Under the pieces are notes generated by a model. The model made no database searches and was not told the origin of the DNA. It saw only the letters and a list, made by a program, of their open reading frames with translations. From an uncultured Pelagibacteraceae bacterium (lineage in GTDB: Bacteria > Pseudomonadota > Alphaproteobacteria > Pelagibacterales > Pelagibacteraceae): DNA of 64,000 bases. The position numbers and the translations under genes are program-made. Of the stretch, positions 9,152 to 16,963 are shown one piece after another. The stretch spans positions 6,032-70,031 of the forward strand of contig CACDKW010000001.1 of the NCBI GenBank assembly GCA_902553465.1, written 5' to 3'. Positions within the stretch are counted from its first letter, which is position 1, and each line of letters begins with the position of its first letter.

Positions 9152-11230
9152 ATGAAAATACCACAATTAGAAAAAAAACCCGAATTAAAATCTTGTCACA
9201 ATGTAAATTGGGAAGATAATTATAGCTGGGTACATCAATCAAATATTCTTGAAGTTTTAAGAGATAGTTCAAAATTAGTTCCTCAAGTTAGAAATTATTT
9301 GGAAGAAGAAAATGCTTATACTGAATATCATCTCAAAGACACCAAAAATGTTCAAAAACAGCTATTTGATGAAATAAAAGGAAGAATTAAATTAGATGAT
9401 GAATCTCTACCGTATAAAGATACTCATTATGAATATTGGACAAAAACAACAACAAAAGGAAACTACTCCATTAAACTAAGAAAAAAAATTGGAACTAATG
9501 AAGCTGAAGAAATATGGAATGGAGATAAGGAAAAAGAAAAATTAAATACAGAATATTTTGGTGTTGGTGATCTAGAGGTTAGTTTTAATGATAAATATTT
9601 AGGTTATTCATTAGATTTAAAAGGTTCAGAGTACTATACAATTTACGTTAGAGATATTTCTTCTAACAAATTAATAACTGAAAAAATAAATGAAACAAGT
9701 GGAGGAATAACTTTTAGTTTAGATGATAATTATATCTTTTACTCAAAATTAGATAAATTTCATAGACCAAGAACAATTTATAGACACAAACTAGGAACTT
9801 CCGTCAAAGACGATGAGCTAATTTTTGAGGAAAAAAGTGAAGCATTTACAGTCAGTATTGGTTTAAGTTCTGACGAAAAATATTTTTTTATTTCTACATC
9901 TGATCATAATACATCGGAACAATATTATTTTGGTGTTGATGAAAAAAATCCAAAACCAAAATTAATTAAAAAAAGAAAAAGAGGAATTATTTATTCTGTA
10001 AATTCTTGGGATGGTTATTTTTACAATCATACAAATGAAAATGCTGAAGATTTTAAAATTGACAAGTGTAAAGATTTATCAGATCAAAATTGGGAAACAT
10101 ATATTTCTGCAAAAGATGAAGTATTGATAGGTGGTTTAGTTTTTTTGAATGATTGGGTTATAAGATCAGAAACATCAAATGCACTTGGTAAATTATTTGT
10201 TAAAAATAAAAATTCAAATAAAGAAGAAGAGTTAATTTTTTCTGATGAAAAAGTTATTGTTCCGGGAGTATCGTTAATTCAAAAAGATAAAAATACTGAT
10301 TTTGTGTATTTATCCTATTCATCTCCTAAAACGCCTGGAAGAACATATTTATATAATTTGAAAAATAAAAATAGAAACTTAGTAAAAGAACAGGAAATTC
10401 CTTCAGGTCATAATCCTGATGATTATATTGTAGAAAGGTTAGAATGTCCCTCACATGATGGAAGAATGGTTCCAATAACAATAACTAGACATAAAAAAAC
10501 TAAAGTTGATGGGTCTTCAAACTTATTATTATATGGTTATGGATCTTATGGCAACTCGATGTCTCCGGGATTTTCATCAACAAGATTAAGTTTAATTAAT
10601 AGAGATATAATTTGGGTTACAGCACATATAAGAGGTGGAATGGAAAGAGGAATGAAGTGGTGGAAAGAAGGAAAGCTTTTAAATAAAAAAAATACTTTTG
10701 AAGACTATATTGCTGTTGGTAAATATTTAATTGAAAAAAAATATACTTCTAAAGGAAAAATAATTGGAATGGGAGGTTCTGCTGGTGGATTATTAATGGG
10801 AGCTGTTGTTAACCAATCACCTGAATTATTTTTAGGAATAATTATGGCTGTGCCATTTGTCGATTCACTTACTACCAATCTTGATCACTCTTTACCGTTA
10901 ACAGTTGGAGAATTTGATGAATTTGGGAATGCAAAAGAAAATAAAGATCATTTTGATTATATTTATTCATATGCACCATATAACAATATAAAAAAAATGG
11001 ACTATCCTCATATGTTAATCACAACTAGTTTAAGCGATAATAGAGTTTTATTTGATGAACCTACAAAATTTACCGCAAAATTAAGAGACTATAAAACTGA
11101 TAATAATTTATTATTATTAAAAACTGAAATGAATGCTGGTCACGGCGGAAAATCTGGAAGAGATGGTGCTATAGAAGAAATTGCTCTTGATTATGCATTT
11201 GCATTAAAAGTTTCAAATCAAATTTCTTGA
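9152..11230 (+). CDS. ptrB: oligopeptidase B (S9A serine peptidase)
   Basis: GGSAGG nucleophile, DNRV, AGHGG; LYGYGSYG. Confidence 0.93.
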   Translation: MKIPQLEKKPELKSCHNVNWEDNYSWVHQSNILEVLRDSSKLVPQVRNYLEEENAYTEYHLKDTKNVQKQLFDEIKGRIKLDDESLPYKDTHYEYWTKTTTKGNYSIKLRKKIGTNEAEEIWNGDKEKEKLNTEYFGVGDLEVSFNDKYLGYSLDLKGSEYYTIYVRDISSNKLITEKINETSGGITFSLDDNYIFYSKLDKFHRPRTIYRHKLGTSVKDDELIFEEKSEAFTVSIGLSSDEKYFFISTSDHNTSEQYYFGVDEKNPKPKLIKKRKRGIIYSVNSWDGYFYNHTNENAEDFKIDKCKDLSDQNWETYISAKDEVLIGGLVFLNDWVIRSETSNALGKLFVKNKNSNKEEELIFSDEKVIVPGVSLIQKDKNTDFVYLSYSSPKTPGRTYLYNLKNKNRNLVKEQEIPSGHNPDDYIVERLECPSHDGRMVPITITRHKKTKVDGSSNLLLYGYGSYGNSMSPGFSSTRLSLINRDIIWVTAHIRGGMERGMKWWKEGKLLNKKNTFEDYIAVGKYLIEKKYTSKGKIIGMGGSAGGLLMGAVVNQSPELFLGIIMAVPFVDSLTTNLDHSLPLTVGEFDEFGNAKENKDHFDYIYSYAPYNNIKKMDYPHMLITTSLSDNRVLFDEPTKFTAKLRDYKTDNNLLLLKTEMNAGHGGKSGRDGAIEEIALDYAFALKVSNQIS

Positions 11231-11253
11231 AAATACAGAATTAATCCCCATAT
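11226..11253 (+). promoter_or_regulatory. sigma32 (RpoH) promoter of hsp20
   Basis: CTTGAA-N14-CCCCATAT, matching the RpoH consensus. Confidence 0.8.
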
Positions 11254-11260
11254 AAAATTC

Positions 11261-11318
11261 GTAAGTCGCCTAATGGGGCTTGCATTAAATAACCTTGCTA
11301 ACAAAGGAGGATATAATG
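11261..11318 (+). promoter_or_regulatory. ROSE-like RNA thermometer
   Basis: 5' hairpin GUAAGUCGCC-UAAU-GGGGCUUGC; then CCUUGCU pairs with SD AGGAGG leaving a bulged G (ROSE U(U/C)GCU motif). Confidence 0.7.
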
Positions 11319-11762
11319 ACAAGTAAGGATCTATCTATATTCAACTCATTAAGACCTTTTTCAATTGGTTTTGACGATATGTTTGACCAATTTGAAAGCA
11401 TGTTGGGAAATGGAGGTTTGAGCATGCAATCAAACTATCCACCGTACAACATAAGAAAAGCTGGAAAGGACAAATATGCAATAGAAGTTGCTCTTGCTGG
11501 CTTTAACAAAAAGGATGTTGAGGTTGAATTCGAAGATAATTTATTAACTGTAAGAACAAAACAAGTTAATAAGTCTGAAGATAAAAATGAAGATGGTGAA
11601 ATTATTCACAAGGGTATTTCTCAAAGACAATTTGCTAGATCATTTACAATTGCAGATGATGTAAAAGTAGGTGGTGCAGAGCTAAAAGATGGTCTTTTGA
11701 CAATAGTTTGTGAAAAAATTGTACCAGAGTATAAAAAGAAAAAACTTATTGAAATAAAATAA
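11316..11762 (+). CDS. ibpA: small heat-shock protein Hsp20 (IbpA-like); start moved to ATG 11316
   Basis: NYPPYNI, IEVALAGF, HKGISQRQFARSF, LKDGLL; SD AAGGAGG 5 nt before ATG 11316. Confidence 0.93.
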   Translation: MTSKDLSIFNSLRPFSIGFDDMFDQFESMLGNGGLSMQSNYPPYNIRKAGKDKYAIEVALAGFNKKDVEVEFEDNLLTVRTKQVNKSEDKNEDGEIIHKGISQRQFARSFTIADDVKVGGAELKDGLLTIVCEKIVPEYKKKKLIEIK

Positions 11763-11775
11763 GTTCTAAACCTTG

Positions 11776-11799
11776 CTTGTGGGGATTTCTCCCCACAAG
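11776..11799. terminator. probable bidirectional intrinsic terminator
   Basis: CTTGTGGGGA-TTTC-TCCCCACAAG perfect 10-bp stem between convergent genes. Confidence 0.8.
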
Positions 11800-11812
11800 T
11801 TTCAAAAATAAT

Positions 11813-13129
11813 TTATTTTTTTGGTAATGATGCGTTTAAAATAAATGCTAACAAACCAGCAGGTATTAAACCTGTAGTAAGTAGCAATCTTAATTTAATT
11901 CCAAAGTCTGGTATGTGAGCAACAAATTCAGGAAAAGCATTCAATCCTATTCCAAAAGATAAAGATAAAGCCAATATTAAAACGTTTCTCTGACTCATTT
12001 CAGATTTTGAAATTAATTTGATACCTGCTCCAACAATTAATCCAAACATAATAATAGCTGCTCCACCAATAACAGAATCTGGCATTGCAGCAATAACTCC
12101 ACCTAGCTTAGGAAATAAACCAAGTAAAATTAAAATTACACCAGCAACTGTTCCTACGTGTCTACTAATTACTCCAGTAAAAGCAACAAGGCCTGCATTT
12201 TGTGAATAAGAAGTATTAGGCATAGCATTAAAAATTGATGCAAAAGCTGTTCCAACTCCATCAGCCATTATACCACCTGAAAGTTCTTTGTTAGTAGCCT
12301 CTCTATTTGCTCCGCCCATTGTGGTAGCACTAATGTCTCCTATAGTTTCAATTGTCGTTACTATAGACATAAACAACATTAATATTACAGCACCCCATAC
12401 AAAATCAATTCCATATTGTAAGGGCATTGGAAAAGCAAACCAATCAGCAGCAGCAATTTTTGCCCATCTAACTTCTCCTAGTAAGGCTGCAACAATAAAG
12501 CCAGCAATTATTCCAATTAGAATAGAAGCTGCAGAAACCATTCCTCTTCCTTTTATGTTTGTTAAAAGTGCAACTATTAAAACTGTACCAGCTATACTTA
12601 AATGATGCCAATTTGCGAAAATTTCTGGTTTATTATTCATTAACCATACGCCGCCGCCAGCATACTTAAATCCCACTTTAAGAAGACTAAAACCAATCAT
12701 CAACACAACAACTCCAGTTACTAGTGGAGGAAACATATGTCGAATTGGTTTTAACATTTTACCAATCCATATTTGAAAAATTCCTCCTATAAATGCAGCT
12801 GTAAATATTGCTCCTAAGCCAAAAGCTTTAAAAGGAAGCATTATTGGAATGAACGCAAAACTTGTACCTTGTATTATTGGTAGTCTTGCTCCTATATCCT
12901 TATAACCTACTGTTTGAATTATTGTTGCTACTCCTGCAGCAAACAATGCCATTTGAATTAAAAAAATCTTTTCTCCAGTTGTTACTCCAAAAACACCAGC
13001 TACAATCAGTGGAACAGTAATATTCCCTGCAAACATTGCAAACACATGTTGAATACCTAATGGTATCGACTGATTCAGTGGTAATTTTTTATTAGTAGCT
13101 CCAGAATTTGAACTCTTTTTTTTTGCCAT
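11813..13129 (-). CDS. NCS2/NAT family xanthine/uric acid permease; start at ATG 13129
   Basis: GIQH TM1 motif, ETIGD, NAT signature QNAGLVAFTG; SD GGAGG before ATG 13129. Confidence 0.92.
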   Translation of the reverse strand: MAKKKSSNSGATNKKLPLNQSIPLGIQHVFAMFAGNITVPLIVAGVFGVTTGEKIFLIQMALFAAGVATIIQTVGYKDIGARLPIIQGTSFAFIPIMLPFKAFGLGAIFTAAFIGGIFQIWIGKMLKPIRHMFPPLVTGVVVLMIGFSLLKVGFKYAGGGVWLMNNKPEIFANWHHLSIAGTVLIVALLTNIKGRGMVSAASILIGIIAGFIVAALLGEVRWAKIAAADWFAFPMPLQYGIDFVWGAVILMLFMSIVTTIETIGDISATTMGGANREATNKELSGGIMADGVGTAFASIFNAMPNTSYSQNAGLVAFTGVISRHVGTVAGVILILLGLFPKLGGVIAAMPDSVIGGAAIIMFGLIVGAGIKLISKSEMSQRNVLILALSLSFGIGLNAFPEFVAHIPDFGIKLRLLLTTGLIPAGLLAFILNASLPKK

Positions 13130-13205
13130 ATAACCTCCACATGTTTTCAAAAAAAAGGTTATATTTATTAGGTATGAATGTAAAACAAATTAATATTATG
13201 ATCAA
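13128..13205 (-). promoter_or_regulatory. putative sigma70 promoter and SD-occluding leader hairpin of the NAT permease
   Basis: Minus strand TTGATC-N17-TACATT (13205-13177); ATATAACCT/AGGTTATAT inverted repeat (13128-13136/13156-13164) covering SD and AUG. Confidence 0.5.
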
Positions 13206-13257
13206 TAATCCTGCATTTATCGGGGAGAAATTAACCCAAAATGGTTAATATAATTTT

Positions 13258-13560
13258 CTAAATACATCCACTAGAAGTAAATCCTACTATTGTTCCTGTA
13301 GCATTTATTTCAAATTTTCTTTTACAAGGAATTCCATATTTTTTTGTTTTATAAACTAATGTTTCATTTCCTAATTCATTTACAAAATCTTCTGTGGGAG
13401 CTCCCAGTTCCAATCTTAGCTCATTAACTTGTTTCCCAACAAATTGTCCAAATCTTTCATTTTCTTTTTCTGCAACTTCATCAGATTTTTTTTTTATTGT
13501 CTGACAGCCCGTTGAAATCAAAAAGATCGAAAATAAAATTATTACGAATCTAAATTTCAT
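13258..13560 (-). CDS. small hypothetical lipoprotein
   Basis: MKFRFVIILFSIFLISTGC signal with lipobox; LGAP motif; two further Cys. Confidence 0.7.
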   Translation of the reverse strand: MKFRFVIILFSIFLISTGCQTIKKKSDEVAEKENERFGQFVGKQVNELRLELGAPTEDFVNELGNETLVYKTKKYGIPCKRKFEINATGTIVGFTSSGCI

Positions 13561-13706
13561 ATAAAAAAGTATATCAACAAATTGTGTCAAAAGATTAACT
13601 TTAAAGTTGTAAATAAGAAAATTTTATTCACATTCTAGCTGATATGGTCAATTTGCAAGGGATTTTTTGATTCGAATCAAATATTGTACGGATAAATGGA
13701 GGTCTA

Positions 13707-14996
13707 ATGTTAGATAACTACTTTAACTATAGAAAACATAAGACAGATTTTAAAACAGAAGTCACTGCAGGAGTGTCGACGTTCTTGACTATGGCTTACA
13801 TAATGTTTTTGAATCCTGTCATACTTGCCGACGGTGGGTTTGATTTTGGTGGTGTTTTTACAGCAACAGCTTTAGCGGCAGCTTTAGCATGTTTTATTGC
13901 TGCATTTTACGCTAAAACTTGGCCCATTGGACTTGCACCAGGAATGGGGATAAATGCTTTTATCGCTTACGGTGTTTGTTTAGGTATGAAGTATACACCC
14001 GCAGAAGCTCTTGGAGCTGTTTTGGTTGCAGGTGTAGTCTTCTTAATAATTTCATTAACGCCGATAAGAGCATGGTTAATTAACTCTATTCCAAAAAGTT
14101 TAAAACTTGGAATTGGAGCAGGTATAGGTTTGTTCCTTGCAATTATAGGTTTTGAACTTATGGGATTAACTACAGACAACCCAGTTACACTTGTACAACT
14201 TGGTGATGTCTCTAATCCGTTGACTCTATTAGGTGCTGCTGCATTTGTTTCTATGATTGTAATGGAAAAATTTAAAATTAAAGGAAATATAATCATTGGA
14301 ATAATTGCATTTAGTGCAATAGCTTGGGTAACTGGATTAGGACAATTCAATGGAGTTATGTCTGCTCCGCCACCAATGACACACTTAATGACATTTGATT
14401 TGGGTGCTGCACTAAGTGCATCGATGGTAACCGTAATTTTTACATTATTTTTTATCGACTTTTTTGATACTGCTGGAACACTAACTAGTGTTGCAAACGT
14501 TTCTGGAAAAGTTGGTCCTGATGGAAAAATTAAGGATATCGATAAAGCAATGCTATCAGATAGTGTATCAACTGTTGCTGGTGCTTTAATGGGTACTTCG
14601 ACAGTTACTACATACGTAGAAAGTGCTGCTGGAGTAAAAGCTGGAGGAAGAACTGGAATGACTTCACTTACTATTGGAGTTCTATTCTTAGCATGTTTGT
14701 TCTTTAGTCCACTTGCAACATCTCTTCCTAAAGAAGTTGATGCTGCTGCTCTAATCTATATTGCAACTTTATTTGTGAGAAATATCACAGATATTAGCTG
14801 GGATGATGCTGCCGAAGCAGGTCCTGCAGTTCTTGCAATGATTGCAATGCCATTTACTTATTCTATTTCAAATGGAATAGCTTTGGCATTTGTTTCATAT
14901 GCTGCAATTAAGATTTGTACTGGAAAATTTAATGAAACTAGTCCAGCAATATGGGTAATTGCTGTATTAAGTTTAGTTAGTTTTGCTGTAGCTTAA
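13707..14996 (+). CDS. NCS2 AzgA-like adenine/guanine/hypoxanthine permease
   Basis: TFLTMAYI..NP, APGMG.NAF, DFFDTAGT, TTYVESAAGV..GGRTG; SD GGAGG. Confidence 0.93.
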   Translation: MLDNYFNYRKHKTDFKTEVTAGVSTFLTMAYIMFLNPVILADGGFDFGGVFTATALAAALACFIAAFYAKTWPIGLAPGMGINAFIAYGVCLGMKYTPAEALGAVLVAGVVFLIISLTPIRAWLINSIPKSLKLGIGAGIGLFLAIIGFELMGLTTDNPVTLVQLGDVSNPLTLLGAAAFVSMIVMEKFKIKGNIIIGIIAFSAIAWVTGLGQFNGVMSAPPPMTHLMTFDLGAALSASMVTVIFTLFFIDFFDTAGTLTSVANVSGKVGPDGKIKDIDKAMLSDSVSTVAGALMGTSTVTTYVESAAGVKAGGRTGMTSLTIGVLFLACLFFSPLATSLPKEVDAAALIYIATLFVRNITDISWDDAAEAGPAVLAMIAMPFTYSISNGIALAFVSYAAIKICTGKFNETSPAIWVIAVLSLVSFAVA

Positions 14997-15016
14997 AAAA
15001 ATAAAAAGTTAAATTT

Positions 15017-15043
15017 AGGGCGGCTTTAATAGTCGCCCTTTTT
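15017..15043 (+). terminator. intrinsic terminator
   Basis: AGGGCGGCT-TTAAT-AGTCGCCCT stem followed by a T run, between convergent genes. Confidence 0.8.
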
Positions 15044-15566
15044 ATTTTTGATGTTTTTTTTTTATATCTTCAATCCTTATTTCTTCATAAACTTCAAATG
15101 GTTGGACTATCCAAGGATTGGCTTCTAATTTTACTGCACAAAAATCAGGCTCAAAAGTTGATTTTTTCTTTTTCCAAAGTGTAGCAGTTTTAATATCTTC
15201 AATTTTACCTTTAATTGGTTCATAAGATCTTAACCAGTCTACACTTTTGTTAAATGTAATTCCTGTATCTGATAAATCGTCACAAAGTAAAATTTTACCA
15301 CCCATGTTTGGAGCTATTGAACTCATTTCTCTTGAAAAAACTATGTCTCCTTGTTCATCCTCTACACCTTTTCCGCTATAAGATTCAACAGCCAAGTAAG
15401 CACACTTTAATTTGAATACTCTACTTAAAACATCTATCATTGGTGCGCCTCCACGCATTATACCAATTAAAATTGATGGCTTATATCCGCTTTCGTGAAT
15501 TTGAATTGCAAGTTTTTCAACTGTTTCATTGTATTGATCCCAACTTACAATTAATTTTTCTGACAT
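15042..15566 (-). CDS. gpt: purine (xanthine-guanine) phosphoribosyltransferase
   Basis: IMRGG loop, PRPP motif LLCDDLSDTGIT, WIVQPFE; purine cluster context. Confidence 0.8.
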   Translation of the reverse strand: MSEKLIVSWDQYNETVEKLAIQIHESGYKPSILIGIMRGGAPMIDVLSRVFKLKCAYLAVESYSGKGVEDEQGDIVFSREMSSIAPNMGGKILLCDDLSDTGITFNKSVDWLRSYEPIKGKIEDIKTATLWKKKKSTFEPDFCAVKLEANPWIVQPFEVYEEIRIEDIKKKHQK

Positions 15567-15580
15567 ATCTTTATATAATA

Positions 15581-16492
15581 TTAATTTTTAAAAATTAAAA
15601 TTAAAACTGCAAGTAAAATTAAAAGTACAATTGATGTTATTAAAATATACAACCTATGAATGTTTCTGCCTCTTAAGTTAAAATAATGTCTAGCTAGAAC
15701 TGAAATTACCGCAAAAGCACACAATATTAACCAATTATATTTATTATAAACTATAAAGCTATAGTGGCCAGATAACATTATAAACAAGACTAAAAATGTT
15801 GAATAATTATTATGTATAGATCTTTGTTTTGCGGCTAGAGATAGACTTTGATCAAATTTTTTGTTTCTTCTGCTACTATTAATTATATTTATTTGATTTG
15901 GAATAATAACAGTAAATACATTTCCAAACATATTGGTACCTATAACTAAACCAACACTTAAAAATGCAAATTTTGGACCATAAATTTGAGTAAATCCATA
16001 GGATAAAAACATTAATAAAACAAAAATTGTTGATACAAATAAAATATCGTTTTTAATTAGACTTGATTTACATAAAAAATCATAAATAAACCACGAAGCA
16101 AATAATGAAAGGACAGAAATTATTATCGCAGTTGAAGGAAGCATATTTAAAATTTTTTTATCTACCATTAATATTTCTGGTCTGTAGTAATAGATGACTG
16201 CAAGTAATAAAATTCCTGTAATAAAAGTTAGATAACTTTGCCATTTAAAAATAACTAAACTTCTTAAATAATTAACTGGGGGAGAACTTTTTAATCTTGT
16301 TAACTTATAATAATAACCAGAATGCATCAAATATCCTTCTGCATCTACATCTCTTCTAGAAATATTTTTATTTAATTTATTGTCTAAATAATTAAATAAA
16401 AAGCTATTTCCTACCCATAATATTGCAAATAATACATGACCCCATCTTAAAACGAGTTCCAACCATTTCATTGAATAAGATAAAACTTCCAT
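15581..16492 (-). CDS. puuD: urate hydroxylase PuuD, membrane domain only (no C-terminal cytochrome c)
   Basis: LRWGHV..ILWVGNSF, HSG, FKWQSY.TFITG, NV...IIPNQ, KQRSIHNNY, MLSGHY; no CxxCH. Confidence 0.88.
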   Translation of the reverse strand: MEVLSYSMKWLELVLRWGHVLFAILWVGNSFLFNYLDNKLNKNISRRDVDAEGYLMHSGYYYKLTRLKSSPPVNYLRSLVIFKWQSYLTFITGILLLAVIYYYRPEILMVDKKILNMLPSTAIIISVLSLFASWFIYDFLCKSSLIKNDILFVSTIFVLLMFLSYGFTQIYGPKFAFLSVGLVIGTNMFGNVFTVIIPNQINIINSSRRNKKFDQSLSLAAKQRSIHNNYSTFLVLFIMLSGHYSFIVYNKYNWLILCAFAVISVLARHYFNLRGRNIHRLYILITSIVLLILLAVLILIFKN

Positions 16493-16962
16493 TAATATTT
16501 AATTTTATCTTCTTTCTTTTCCCAAATTTTAAATGCTTCTAAAGCTTCGTCTCTATGCATTTGATACATCTTTATTTTTCTATTTTTTAAATCTTTATTA
16601 ATTTCAGAATAAATAAATGAATCATCAAAATCTATGGCCTTTGCGTCTATTCTGGTGTTTGCATAAAAAACATTTTCAATTCTAGACCAATATATTGCAG
16701 ATAAGCACATTGGACATGGTTCACAGCTTGAATACAAATCACATCCAGAAAGATTAAAAGTATTCAGTTTTTGGCATGCATCTCTAATTGCAACAATTTC
16801 TCCATGCGCAGTTGGATCATTGTTCATAGTTACTTTATTGGAGCCTTCCGCAACAATCTTATTATTTTTTACAATAACACTTCCGAATGGCCCTCCCTTG
16901 GTTTTCGCACTTTCAATTGAAAGCTCAATAGCTCTTATCATGAATGGATTTTTTTTAATCAT
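16492..16962 (-). CDS. guaD: guanine deaminase (cytidine-deaminase fold)
   Basis: GGPFG, DPTAHGE, CEPCPMC, FDD, C-terminal Tyr. Confidence 0.88.
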   Translation of the reverse strand: MIKKNPFMIRAIELSIESAKTKGGPFGSVIVKNNKIVAEGSNKVTMNNDPTAHGEIVAIRDACQKLNTFNLSGCDLYSSCEPCPMCLSAIYWSRIENVFYANTRIDAKAIDFDDSFIYSEINKDLKNRKIKMYQMHRDEALEAFKIWEKKEDKIKY

Positions 16963-16963
16963 T

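Noticed and set aside
11295-11315. Longest-ORF starts for hsp20 (11295), NAT permease (13150), DMT (24491), zeta (31132), chvG (37185), decarboxylase (42929), ampG (51065)
   Set aside because: Downstream ATGs have clear SD motifs or stop/start coupling, or avoid implausible overlaps
13636-13700. GAUAUGG upstream of a purine permease, resembling loop L2 of the purine riboswitch
   Set aside because: No P2 pairing around it, no UUUCUACC junction and no CCGUAAA L3
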